From Candidatus Woesebacteria bacterium (GTDB lineage Bacteria; Patescibacteriota; Microgenomatia; UBA8517): DNA of 64,000 nt. The notes below the pieces were generated by a model. The model saw only the letters and a list, made by a program, of their open reading frames with translations. It made no database searches and was not told the DNA's origin. The stretch covers positions 463,123 through 527,122 of the forward strand of contig CP058602.1 in NCBI GenBank assembly GCA_013426185.1, in the 5' to 3' direction. The position numbers and the translations under genes are program-made. Below, in pieces: positions 23,792-34,200 of the stretch (positions are counted from its first letter, which is position 1; the number at the start of each line of letters is the position of its first letter).

Positions 23792-26388
23792 TTCTGGAGA
23801 TCTTAATTAACACCGACGATGGTGAAGAAGATTACGATACGACCTGGTATCCCAACGGCTACGCCAGCAACCAATCGACAATAGGTCATGACGGCACAGG
23901 CAGCTGTGATGTAGGTTTGAGATTTGACAATTCAGGCATTGCCGAGGATGCCAGCATCTTAAATGCTAAGATAAGAGTAAAATGCGCTGTCAACTCAACC
24001 AAAAGACCGACACTGAAAATTAGAGGAATCCTCCAGGCAGCTCCTGCCACCTGGGATCAGGCAACCAGACCATCCACCCGACCCAAAACCATAGCAGCCG
24101 TAGACTGGGACATAGGAACAGATTGGGCAATTAACACCTGGTATGAAAGCCCCGACATTACTAGCATTATTCAGGAAATCGTCAACCAGACAGGCTTTAA
24201 TGGAGATATCGCCCTAGTGATTGAAGATGATGCCAGCCCAAGCAACCAATACGAAAACATTTGGGACTACAATCAAGGGGCAACCGAATCACCAGAGTTA
24301 GTGGTAACTCTCGGCTCAACGACCAAAATCCAAAAATCCCTCACCTACTACCTCGAACCGCAGATACAAGGGGTCAATCTTCCCAAGCAACTGAAGTATG
24401 CGGTTGACGCCACCCCTTCCCCGATCCAAAAGAGCCTGACCTACCGCATCGACCTGCCAGGAGTGAGTCTCATCCAGAAGGCACTTAAATACGGCGTCCT
24501 GACTACTCCCACTCCGATCACAAAACAGCTGAAATACTGCATCGATAAAGCGCCAATCAAAATAACCAAGAGCCTGCGCTATGAGATCGTGCCACCGCCT
24601 GCGATTGAAAAACAACTCAAATACACAATTCTTACCCAGCATTTAATCGAAAAAGAGTTGCGCTACTTCATTCAGGAAGCAATTCCACCCACCGAAAAAA
24701 GCAAAAACCAAGTCTTAAAAACTTACAATGTCATTGAGCAAAACTCAGATGACGGCAGAGAAGACAGTGACGGCAACTGGAATAAGGACGGCAATGCCAG
24801 TCACATCATAACGATGGGCAACTATGGAGGTAAAACCCATACAGGAGCGTTCCGCTTCCGCCATGTCAATATTCCTAGAAACGCCACTATCTTCTTTGCT
24901 AGACTGAGACTGCGCTGTGCTTATACTGATTCCACCGCATTTACCACCAAGCTAAGAATCAAAGGTATCAAAGAAGCCGACGTACAGCCATTCAGCGCCA
25001 CGAACAAACCAAGTACGAAACCAAAAACAGTCGACACAGTAGCTTGGGAAATTTATAAACAGTGGAATGTCAACGAATGGGTGCAAACTCCCAACCTGCT
25101 CCTGATAGTGCAAGAACTGGTGAGACAAAGCGACTGGAAGGCAGGCAATGCGATGGCATTCATAATCGAGGATGACGGCAGTGCTGCGGAAAACTGCAAG
25201 AGCGTCTGGGATAGTTCAAGCGGTGCTGAAGACAAAGCCGAACTGGAGATTTACTGGTTTGACAAAGAGGTTAATGTTTCCTTCTTGCAATTAAATGACC
25301 GAGACGGCGAAGAAGACTACCGAGACAAAACTCCACCCACTAACGCCTGGTATCCTGACGGCTGGGGCAATAACCGAATCACCTGTGGAGATGATGGCAC
25401 TTACTCGCCAGACGCCTCACCCAATGACGCAGGCTTTATCTTCAGTCCGATTTTAATTCCCAAAAAAGCACAAATCGTCTCCGCTCGCCTGCTGGTGACC
25501 AGCGACAACCAGAATAACGCTATGACCAACTGGATTATAAGGGGCTTCGCAGAAGACAATGCTGCGCCCTTTGCCAGTGATGGATCAAACAGACCATCAA
25601 CCAGAATGAAAACCCAAGCCTGGGTGCAATGGACACTGGGTGTAGCAGAAGGAGGAATACTGACAGGTATTCACTGGACTGCTCAGAGCGTCTACGAGTC
25701 GCCAGAGCTGAAAGAAATCGTCCAGGAGATAGTGGATCGAGCAGGCTGGATTGGAGACGCAAGCCAGAAGCTGGGACTAGTAATCGAAAGCGAACACAGC
25801 GCTATCGGCAATGCGAAGTATATCGTCGACTACAGCAAGGGCGGAGCGGGACAATGGGCAGCACAACTTATTATCGCCTGGCAACAAAAGAGAAGAACGA
25901 CAACAATCACGAAGGATTTAGCAGCCTATGATAAAGCCAACTATCCCGAATTTATCATTGTCCATCACAGCGCCACACCCAGAGATTCAACTAAGTTCAT
26001 AACCATCAAAAACGCACATATAAGCTATGGCTGGGGCGACATCGGCTACCATAAATGGGTTAGCGGTTTACTCGATGGAGATGGTATACTAATACAAGGA
26101 AGACCAGAGAACTGGATCGGAGCGCACACCAACAGCAACAAGCAAAACTACCGATCTATTGGGGTATGTGTATGCGGAGACTTCCACTCGACAGCAGGAA
26201 ATGAAATCCCGACAGCAGCCCAGTTAGCCACACTACAGCAACTCCTCGACACGATCAGAAAGCAGCGAAATACTCCCAAAGAACGAGTATTGGGTCACAC
26301 CGAAGTGCCTGGGGCAGCCACCAACTGCCCTGGCGATAACCTGTTGCCTTATATCCAGAATTATAGGCTTACAGGAAGTTTAACCTGA
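23788..26388 (+). CDS. Virion fibre-like protein: three DDGxED domains, repeat shaft, C-terminal N-acetylmuramoyl-L-alanine amidase
   Basis: Eight IxKxLxYxI repeats; IIVHHSA, WGDIGYH, GAH, SIGVCVCGDF, GHTE, TNCPG Amidase_2 motifs. Confidence 0.85.
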   Translation: MILEILINTDDGEEDYDTTWYPNGYASNQSTIGHDGTGSCDVGLRFDNSGIAEDASILNAKIRVKCAVNSTKRPTLKIRGILQAAPATWDQATRPSTRPKTIAAVDWDIGTDWAINTWYESPDITSIIQEIVNQTGFNGDIALVIEDDASPSNQYENIWDYNQGATESPELVVTLGSTTKIQKSLTYYLEPQIQGVNLPKQLKYAVDATPSPIQKSLTYRIDLPGVSLIQKALKYGVLTTPTPITKQLKYCIDKAPIKITKSLRYEIVPPPAIEKQLKYTILTQHLIEKELRYFIQEAIPPTEKSKNQVLKTYNVIEQNSDDGREDSDGNWNKDGNASHIITMGNYGGKTHTGAFRFRHVNIPRNATIFFARLRLRCAYTDSTAFTTKLRIKGIKEADVQPFSATNKPSTKPKTVDTVAWEIYKQWNVNEWVQTPNLLLIVQELVRQSDWKAGNAMAFIIEDDGSAAENCKSVWDSSSGAEDKAELEIYWFDKEVNVSFLQLNDRDGEEDYRDKTPPTNAWYPDGWGNNRITCGDDGTYSPDASPNDAGFIFSPILIPKKAQIVSARLLVTSDNQNNAMTNWIIRGFAEDNAAPFASDGSNRPSTRMKTQAWVQWTLGVAEGGILTGIHWTAQSVYESPELKEIVQEIVDRAGWIGDASQKLGLVIESEHSAIGNAKYIVDYSKGGAGQWAAQLIIAWQQKRRTTTITKDLAAYDKANYPEFIIVHHSATPRDSTKFITIKNAHISYGWGDIGYHKWVSGLLDGDGILIQGRPENWIGAHTNSNKQNYRSIGVCVCGDFHSTAGNEIPTAAQLATLQQLLDTIRKQRNTPKERVLGHTEVPGAATNCPGDNLLPYIQNYRLTGSLT

Positions 26389-26402
26389 GAGGAGGTGAAA
26401 AT

Positions 26403-27086
26403 ATGCAATTTCAAGAATTCGAACAAGACCTGGACGCCAGAATAGCAGCCAGCAAAGTGACTGGCTTCTGGAAGCCAGAAGACAAACAGCGCTGGATCAA
26501 CAAATCGGTGGTAAGAGCCTGCAACTTTGCTCCCTGGAAGTTCCTAAGCAAGCACGCCACCCAGCTTATAGAACTGGACGCTGGCGAAATAAAAGAAAAC
26601 TACTTCCTCCCCTTTGACTATAAGCCAGGTGGAATGATTCTGATTAAAGTCTACGACCCCGTGAGCGGGAAAAGCCTGAAGCATTACAAAACCGACATCG
26701 ACAGCTATCACGCCAAAGCCTACAAATACACCAGAGTCTACACTATCGTGGGAGATGAGTACTTCCTAAACCTGCGAGAGCTAGCGTCTAACTCGTCACT
26801 AGCAGCCTCCGATTATGAGGGTAAGATTATCGATCTTTTTTACAGGAGACGCCCAGTGAAGATGGTCGAGCCGACTGACGAGCCAATCACGCCAGAGGAA
26901 ATGGACGAGCCAATCTTAAAGTTTGCACTAGCGATTTGCCTTTCAAAGACACCAGGTAGAACAACCGACTCGGTCAAGGAAATTCAAGAAGCCAACAGCC
27001 TACTCCAGCAGCTCAAAGACAGAGAGGAGGAAGAACCGCAGAGCGTGTTTAAAGGACAGGCAACGAGCATGCGCTGGCAAAGGTAA
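26403..27086 (+). CDS. Head-tail adaptor / tail tubular protein A-like
   Basis: RWIN...WKFL...YFLPFDY...YRRRP...DEP pattern and position. Confidence 0.6.
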   Translation: MQFQEFEQDLDARIAASKVTGFWKPEDKQRWINKSVVRACNFAPWKFLSKHATQLIELDAGEIKENYFLPFDYKPGGMILIKVYDPVSGKSLKHYKTDIDSYHAKAYKYTRVYTIVGDEYFLNLRELASNSSLAASDYEGKIIDLFYRRRPVKMVEPTDEPITPEEMDEPILKFALAICLSKTPGRTTDSVKEIQEANSLLQQLKDREEEEPQSVFKGQATSMRWQR

Positions 27087-27158
27087 CCCCGCCAGATCGA
27101 TTGTGCGGGGCTTTGGAAGGCAAGGTGGGCTGGTAACAGCTTGAAATTGCATAAAAAT

Positions 27159-28619
27159 ATGGCACTAAACGCATACAGAATACAGGGTTTCAGAGGAGGG
27201 ATCGCCGATGATCCCTATGCAGGAGTGCGCCAAGCATTCCGCTTCGGCTATGGGCTAAACATAAGAGGAGAAGAAAACACCCTAAAATGCAACCAGGCGC
27301 TCAAAGTCGACGCAGGCAATGCCGTCATAGTCGACTTGATTTTATTCTTCGTCCCCGCCTCGAATGGGCAGCTTTACGGTTTTGGTGACACAGGAAAGAT
27401 TTATAGGAAAGCCACTCCTACATCAGCGTGGGAATTAGTCTATACAGACGCCAACGGCAAGATTATGGGAGCTGCCGAATACACCAATAACAACGGCTCA
27501 GGCAGCTATGTCCCCTACCTTTACTGGATGACCGAAACCAAAGTATCAAGAATCCTACTGAGCAAAGCAGACCTAAATAACTGGGCAGCTGATGTTGAAC
27601 ACAACTGGCAAACCCTAAACGGCGACCCCAGCTGGCACACGGCGGTAGAAGCGCTAGGGGTTTTACTCATCTGTGATGCCCAGAACCTGGCAATGGTCGA
27701 CTACGAGGGAGCATTTAACCTGGAAGCCCTGGATGTTCCTAAGGGTCACCGCCACAAAGCGCTGTTGAGCCAAGACCAGTTGGTGCTTATCGGCAGCCAC
27801 AAAGGAGATAAAGTTGAACAAGGATGGCTCTGGACTTGGGATAAAATCCAGCCCTCCTGGATTCAAAGAAGGATGGTGGCAGAGAAAGGCGTTAACGCCA
27901 TGCTCCAGGGCGAGTTCCTCACTATCCAAGCTGGAATCAAAGGCTCGCTTTACTTCTGGGACACAGCAACGCTGATGCGGATTAAAAAATTCCCAGGAAC
28001 ATACGGCTGGGTTAACCCAGGAGCAGTAGTCAACTACGGCGGACTTCCCCTCTACGGCTTAAACGGATCAGAAAAATGCGGAGTTTACTCTTACGGCAGG
28101 CTAAACAAAAATGACCCCTACGCCCTGAACTTGGAGTATGTTCCATCACACGGCAAGTTTAGCAATGTTGAGATCGGCGCATTGACAGTCTACGGCGACC
28201 TGCTCCACCTCTCCTGGAAGGACGGAGCATCCTTCGGTGTCGACATTATCGATGAAAGCAACAAAGCCGAAGCAAGATACGAAGGATTGGTGTGGGACGG
28301 CGGAGAGAGCTTCACCCAAAAAGGATTCCGCTACATCAAGCTGGTCACCAAACCCCTGCCAGCCAACTGCAGCATCGAAGTCTTTTACAAGGTCAATCAA
28401 GAAGCGACTTGGCAAAAAGCCACGATGCATGATGGTGCAGAGCTGTTCGATAAAGTAGGACAAACAAAGGCAATATTTACCATCGAGACAGGTGGAAATG
28501 AAAACAATCCCAATGAAGGTGAAGAATACGAACTGGCAATGAACCTCCATCCGTCGGGCAACAACACACCAGAAGTAGTCTCGGTAACAACTTATTTTGA
28601 GCCATTAGGCATCTTATAA
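27159..28619 (+). CDS. Tail nozzle / DNA stabilisation (beta-propeller) protein
   Basis: N-terminal GFRGGI motif, beta-rich, follows the adaptor. Confidence 0.6.
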   Translation: MALNAYRIQGFRGGIADDPYAGVRQAFRFGYGLNIRGEENTLKCNQALKVDAGNAVIVDLILFFVPASNGQLYGFGDTGKIYRKATPTSAWELVYTDANGKIMGAAEYTNNNGSGSYVPYLYWMTETKVSRILLSKADLNNWAADVEHNWQTLNGDPSWHTAVEALGVLLICDAQNLAMVDYEGAFNLEALDVPKGHRHKALLSQDQLVLIGSHKGDKVEQGWLWTWDKIQPSWIQRRMVAEKGVNAMLQGEFLTIQAGIKGSLYFWDTATLMRIKKFPGTYGWVNPGAVVNYGGLPLYGLNGSEKCGVYSYGRLNKNDPYALNLEYVPSHGKFSNVEIGALTVYGDLLHLSWKDGASFGVDIIDESNKAEARYEGLVWDGGESFTQKGFRYIKLVTKPLPANCSIEVFYKVNQEATWQKATMHDGAELFDKVGQTKAIFTIETGGNENNPNEGEEYELAMNLHPSGNNTPEVVSVTTYFEPLGIL

Positions 28620-28623
28620 AACT

Positions 28624-29955
28624 ATGACAAAATTAAGCGACGAAATCAAAAAAGTCTACGAAAACGAGGAAGTGCAAGATCAGCCATTCCCCGAAGTGCC
28701 AGCACACACCCATAACGGCGTGGACTCCCAGCCGTTAGCACCGCAGTCTGTGGGAAGCACACAACTTAAAGAAAACGCTGTAAGCGCTGGCAATCTTATG
28801 GATTTGTCGGTAACCGAGGAAAAACTGGCAGCAGCAGCAGTAGCCACCAGCAAGATTAAAGACGACGCCGTCACAGCAGCCAAAGTCTATAAAGCAGGAT
28901 CGGTTATCACCCTCTCAGCCCAGATTGCCGAAGCGGTCATTATCACCGCCCATATCCAAGACCTGGCAGTGAAATGGGCAAAAATCGGTAATCTGGAAGT
29001 CGGCAACAGCAAAATCATGGATGCAGCCATAAGTAGAGGGAAAATCCAAGACCTAGCAGTGGATAACGCCAAGATCGAGAACGAAACCATCACCAACAGC
29101 AAAATCGGGCTTTTACAGGTCGGCAATTCCAGGATTATGGATGCAGCCATAAGTACAGCTAAAATCCAGGATTTAGCAGTGGGATGGGCAGAGCTAGCAA
29201 ATATGTCAGTGGGTAATTCAAAAATCATGAATGCAGCTATCTCGACAGCTAAAATCCAAGACGCAGCCATCACCGACGCAGAAATCGGCTGGCTAAATGC
29301 AGGCAAAATAACTGCAGGCACGATGTCCGCTGACAGGGTTTGGGGAGGAGCGCTTTATAGCGATTATGTGCATATCCGCATGTGCGGTCAGGAAGCCTTA
29401 AATGTAGCAGGCAATATCAACAAAACAGGCTGGAGCAACTTTGTCATTCCCCATCCGTTGCAAAAAGGAAAACTGCTTGTTTACACAGCGCCAGAAGCAG
29501 CCGAAGTCCTACTCATCCACCGAGGATCAGATAAATTAATCAACGGCGAAAGAGTCGTTACCTTCCCCGCCCATTTCCAAGCAGTAAGCGATCCCAGGAA
29601 GGTAACCGCCTATGTGACTGCCAGAGATGACTGCAACGGCTTATTTGTTAAAGAACTAGACAAAGCGCATATGTTAGTCAAAGAGTGCGCTGGAGGTAGC
29701 TCAAACGCAGCCTTTGACTTTTTTGTCTTTACGATTCGAGAGGGGGCTTTTGACAAGGAGTTCGAGCCAGACGGAGAACTTCTCCTGCAAAGAGATGGTG
29801 AAAGTAACGAATCTTTCAGGGAAAGATTTCGAGAATACAGGATAAAACAAATTAAAAAGCAGGGTGGAGATATCGAAAAGAAGATCGCCGAGTTTAATAA
29901 AGCATGGCAAACTACGCCTGCAGTTATAAATGAGCAGTATGTTCAACCGAAATAA
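28624..29955 (+). CDS. Tail fibre/spike with beta-helix repeats and C-terminal chaperone-like domain
   Basis: HTHNGVDS; AKIQDLAV-type 10-aa repeats; NFVIPHP...LVY..PE.AEV...RG. Confidence 0.75.
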   Translation: MTKLSDEIKKVYENEEVQDQPFPEVPAHTHNGVDSQPLAPQSVGSTQLKENAVSAGNLMDLSVTEEKLAAAAVATSKIKDDAVTAAKVYKAGSVITLSAQIAEAVIITAHIQDLAVKWAKIGNLEVGNSKIMDAAISRGKIQDLAVDNAKIENETITNSKIGLLQVGNSRIMDAAISTAKIQDLAVGWAELANMSVGNSKIMNAAISTAKIQDAAITDAEIGWLNAGKITAGTMSADRVWGGALYSDYVHIRMCGQEALNVAGNINKTGWSNFVIPHPLQKGKLLVYTAPEAAEVLLIHRGSDKLINGERVVTFPAHFQAVSDPRKVTAYVTARDDCNGLFVKELDKAHMLVKECAGGSSNAAFDFFVFTIREGAFDKEFEPDGELLLQRDGESNESFRERFREYRIKQIKKQGGDIEKKIAEFNKAWQTTPAVINEQYVQPK

Positions 29956-30169
29956 AAAATTAGACAAAGCAGACCTTGATGAACTCAGGGAAAAAGCAAA
30001 GCTGATCAAACAGCACATTGCTATAGCCCAGGCACTCGATATGCAAAAAAATACCTGGCTGGTAAGCCTATTTAGCAAATACGGCTTAGACGGCAATAAG
30101 GAGTGGAGCTTTGACTTAAAAACAGGGGAAATAACTGAAGTTAATCAAAAGAAAGGAGGTGAAAAATAA
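29930..30169 (+). CDS. Small coiled-coil phage protein
   Basis: ORF coupled to the fibre gene. Confidence 0.65.
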   Translation: MSSMFNRNKKLDKADLDELREKAKLIKQHIAIAQALDMQKNTWLVSLFSKYGLDGNKEWSFDLKTGEITEVNQKKGGEK

Positions 30170-30170
30170 C

Positions 30171-31241
30171 ATGGCAGACAAGCAATACGGCGGATGGTAT
30201 TGGCAGCCAGAGTTAAACAAAGCCCTCAGAGGGTGGGGAACTGACCCATCGGGTAAAGATATTTACACTGAAGGTGAAGAGCCAGCCAAGCAGCAATCGA
30301 TAACAGCGTTAACAACTGGACTGGGAAGTTTAAGCAACATAACGAATTTATTCGGTTATGACCTGCCAACACTGCAAACAAACTTCCAGGACACCTACAG
30401 CAAACTGCAGAGTGCAGAATCGGAGCTACAAGGCTACCAGACTAGGCGCTACGAGGAGGAATACAGCAAAGCAGGACTTGAAGGAGTCAAAAGCGAAATT
30501 GATGCCTTAGATGCCAAGATCGCAGCCGAGAAGCAAGCCAGAGACGAATCTATAAGCAAGGTAAGAAAAAACCCAGGATACAGCGCAGCCACAATAACAG
30601 GAGAAACAGCCGAAATCCAGAGACTGGCAAATGCCACTATCAATAATTTAATCGATGAGAGAAATACAAAAGCAAGCACATACAATGCCAAGCTGGGAGA
30701 AATAACCAACAAGGTGGCTATGGAGACAAAGGACAAAGAGGCAGCAGTCAATAGCATGCGATACAACCTGCAATTCCTAGGAGGGTTGCTGCAGACCTAC
30801 CAACAGGCAAGGTCGCAAGAGTTAGCAGCTCAGACAGAATCAGAGCGCTGGGAGAAAGAGTTCGAACTGAAACTATACGAAGCGCAGACAGGCAGAATGA
30901 GAGCCTCTTCATCAGGCGGAGGAGCAAATATGCAGCAGGTCAAGGATGCCTGGGGCAATGTGATCGGATATTTTGACCCAACAACAGGAAAAACAGTCTA
31001 CTACGAGCAAGCAGGAGGTGGAGCAGCAGCACCGCAAATAGTCCCCTCAGCAGGATTAAACATGAAGATAAGAAACGCATGGAAGCAAGGATACACGCCA
31101 GATCAACTTAAAAGCGCTTATCAAGGAGCAATAACGGATAAAGGAGAGAGTGTGGCAGACATCATTGACGAAGAATGGCGGATTAAAACAGCACCAGGAA
31201 TCGGTGGCTTCTTAGGCAGGTTGTTCAGGTTGGGGGTTTAA
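30171..31241 (+). CDS. Probable internal virion/ejection protein
   Basis: Gln/Ala/Gly-rich coiled coil; GGAGGTGA SD; precedes the giant protein. Confidence 0.6.
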   Translation: MADKQYGGWYWQPELNKALRGWGTDPSGKDIYTEGEEPAKQQSITALTTGLGSLSNITNLFGYDLPTLQTNFQDTYSKLQSAESELQGYQTRRYEEEYSKAGLEGVKSEIDALDAKIAAEKQARDESISKVRKNPGYSAATITGETAEIQRLANATINNLIDERNTKASTYNAKLGEITNKVAMETKDKEAAVNSMRYNLQFLGGLLQTYQQARSQELAAQTESERWEKEFELKLYEAQTGRMRASSSGGGANMQQVKDAWGNVIGYFDPTTGKTVYYEQAGGGAAAPQIVPSAGLNMKIRNAWKQGYTPDQLKSAYQGAITDKGESVADIIDEEWRIKTAPGIGGFLGRLFRLGV

Positions 31242-31296
31242 TTAACCAAGCCGATCTTAATGCCATGAAGCCCATCGCAAGAAGGGACTAAATACT

Positions 31297-34200
31297 ATGC
31301 CGACATTTTGGGAAACGCTAAAAACAAACATATTAAACCCTCTTGAAAAGGGTGTCTCTTCCGTTGGGCAAACTCTGGGCGATATTTTCAAACCAGTCGG
31401 GCAAACAGCCATTGATCTTTTCAAGCCAATAGCAGCTCTCAAACCAGAGCAATCGGAATTTGGCATTAAAACAGAGCAGGGCGAATATAAACCATACACG
31501 AATATCTATCTTGAAGCAGCAGCTCAGACTATTGGACTAGGCGCAAGAAAGACTGACTTTTGGGAGCGCCTCCCCCACGCCTACTACGGCACAGTCTTGG
31601 GCTTTGGAGCGGGGCTGGCAAAAGCCTTCACCTTCGGCTGGTGGAATCCAGAGCTTAAATTCGAACATGACGCAGCCCAAATGGGAGCAAATCTCGGCAA
31701 AGTTGAAGGCGACATTATAGGGACTATAGGAACATTCCTCGTGGGCGGAGAAATCGTTCAAGGAGCAGCCAGGAGCATTCCTGTAGTTGCTAGATTTGCC
31801 AAAATTGCACCCAAAACTTACTCACTACTGACAAACGGACTAACATTCGCAGGACTAGGTCAACTCCAAAAAGACGAATTCTATAAGGACGCTACCCAGC
31901 GTGCCACAGACTTTGGAGCTGATTTTGCCCTGGGAGGGGTATTCTCAATAGCGGGCATGAAGCCCAGTTATTTCAAATCGACAGGAATTATCGCTCCAGC
32001 AGCTTATGTCACCTCGCTTATAAAGGGAGACACTCCAGAGGACGCCTTAAAAAACACAGTCGCTGTCATCGGATTACACTCGGTTAACTATGCCGTCGCC
32101 AAAGTCTTCCCTAGCCAAGCCGAGCGAATCAGGCGCAATATGGAAAAAGCAGCCGAGAACGAACTGCGCACCACCCAAAAAGAAGCCAGGGCATTTCTGG
32201 GAGTGACGGAAAAATCGACGCCAGAACAAATAAAATCCGCCTGGAAACAAAAGGTTATTGAAATAACCAAGAAGTTTCCAGCTCAGGCATACCAGACGCC
32301 ACAACAGGCTGCCCGATTTAACCAAGAGTGGAACACTGCTAACAGAGCCTATGAGTTCCTGGCAAAAGTTCAGAACCCTACAGGCTACACAGGCAAAACT
32401 TTCAGCCAGGAATTCGAGGACTTATTTAGAGAGCTGTGGATCAATGTCCCAGACAAGAGAGCGCTAGTGGTAAGCGCCGTCAGAAACATGCCAGCAGGAC
32501 TCTCAATCCGCCCCACCCTAACTAACGAGCAGAGAGCCGAAATTATAAAAGGGCTTGGCGGAGAAAATGTAAGAACCAAGTTCGGACTGCCAGCAGGCAA
32601 GCTCTCAAACTCTGATCTTATAACCCTAGCAAAAGAGCAAAACATAAAGGTGACGCCATCCAAAGGCACTCCAGAACAGGCAATCGCTGAAGCAGCCAAA
32701 ACTCCCCCACCATCCAAACCAAAAGTTGAAAGAACCGAAATCTGGAATGTGCCAGGGGATCTCATGCCAGCAAGAGGCAAGCCAACCTGGAAGCACAGCA
32801 AGATGCTCTGGAACACCATGCGCAATCAATACGGCATGACCAATGTCTGGGGAAAAGATATCACCACTAACAAGGGGGCGGTTTCCTGGATTATAGACAC
32901 CCTCGAAAATGGACTGGCAAGCAAAAAAGACTTGCTGACTGAAGCCAGAAAAACCAAAGGGGTGCGCATGGACAGCCATCAATACAAGAAGCTCTACGCC
33001 ATGTTTAAGTCTAGAAACTACGACATCGAAGGCTACAAAAAAGTGATGGCAACTTTAAAAGGAATTAAACCTGCAGTGGTTGAAAAAACGATAGAGCCAA
33101 CACCTAAGGGAATGTTGGAGGAACTGGGCAACTATACCAAAGAGGCAGAAGTTATTGTCAGAGAGCCAAAAATTGAACCCAAAACTAAAATAAAACCGAT
33201 AGAAGAAGTGGTCACTCTTTATCATGGCACAACACCTGAAAATGCAGCCATAATTCGAAAAACAGGCTTCGAACTGAAACCGCCAGTGCATGGACGGCAA
33301 GTTATCGGAGAAGGGGTCTACCTTACTCCAACCAAGGAGGAAGCAGCCACCTTCGGTAAAGAAATAATCGAGGCGACACTTAAACCAGGAGTTAAAATCC
33401 TGCACCTAAATAACCCAGGTGAATACTATCAGCTCTGGCAAAAAGTGGCAAAAGAAGCAGGAGCATTCGGGGCAAAAGAAGTAAACATGGACAAAGCCAT
33501 AAGCGACTGGCTGAAAGTGAGAGGCTACGGCGGGATCGAGGTCAAAGGCTTCGGAACAAAAGGTGAAACCTATATCTCGATATTCGATCCAAAAAACATC
33601 GAGGTTAAAACAACTAAAGCACCAGTTGCAGCATCCGCCAAAAAAACGAAGGCTGAACCAAAAGTATTAGGTAAAGTGACTCCCCAGATCGAGCAGCTGC
33701 AGAAGAAGAAAGACGCTCTTGAAAAATTGCACTACGCCAACCCAGGCGATCAAAAGATCGTCAACGCAATAAAGAAAATCGATAACCAGATAGCCCAGCA
33801 ATTCAGCACCCAGGAGCAGAAGGCAGCCAAAGCCGAGCAAATCAGGCTTAAATACCGACCCGAAGAAAAGGAACTCCTGGATGCAGAGCGAGTCCCAAGT
33901 GTCGGTGAAATCCTAAAAAGCAAAAAATTCAAAGACAGAATCGCTGGCAAGGTAAAGGCATCAAAAGAAATGCGTGCTGACGAACTAACAACCACCCCAT
34001 CAAGAAACCCGCCACGACCACCGAAAGAAGAACCTCTCAGTCAAGCGCCTCCTCCGCCAGAAGGAAGCGGGTTGGAGGCAATCGACAAGATGGTCGGTAA
34101 GATCGGCGCACCACAAAAGATGACAGAGTGGTTCAAAGGTCTCAAACCGAAATTCAGTCGCAACTTTACAGACAGATTTGCAGCAATGAAGACTTTCGAG

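Noticed and set aside
21959-23915. Near-identical DNA at ~21959-22055 and ~23815-23910 as a DGR template/variable repeat pair
   Set aside because: Differences are mostly synonymous third-position changes, not adenine-specific; both copies are coding; no reverse transcriptase in the window
28770-29330. Tandem DNA repeats in the fibre gene as a non-coding array
   Set aside because: They are in-frame 10/20-aa beta-helix repeats with synonymous variation
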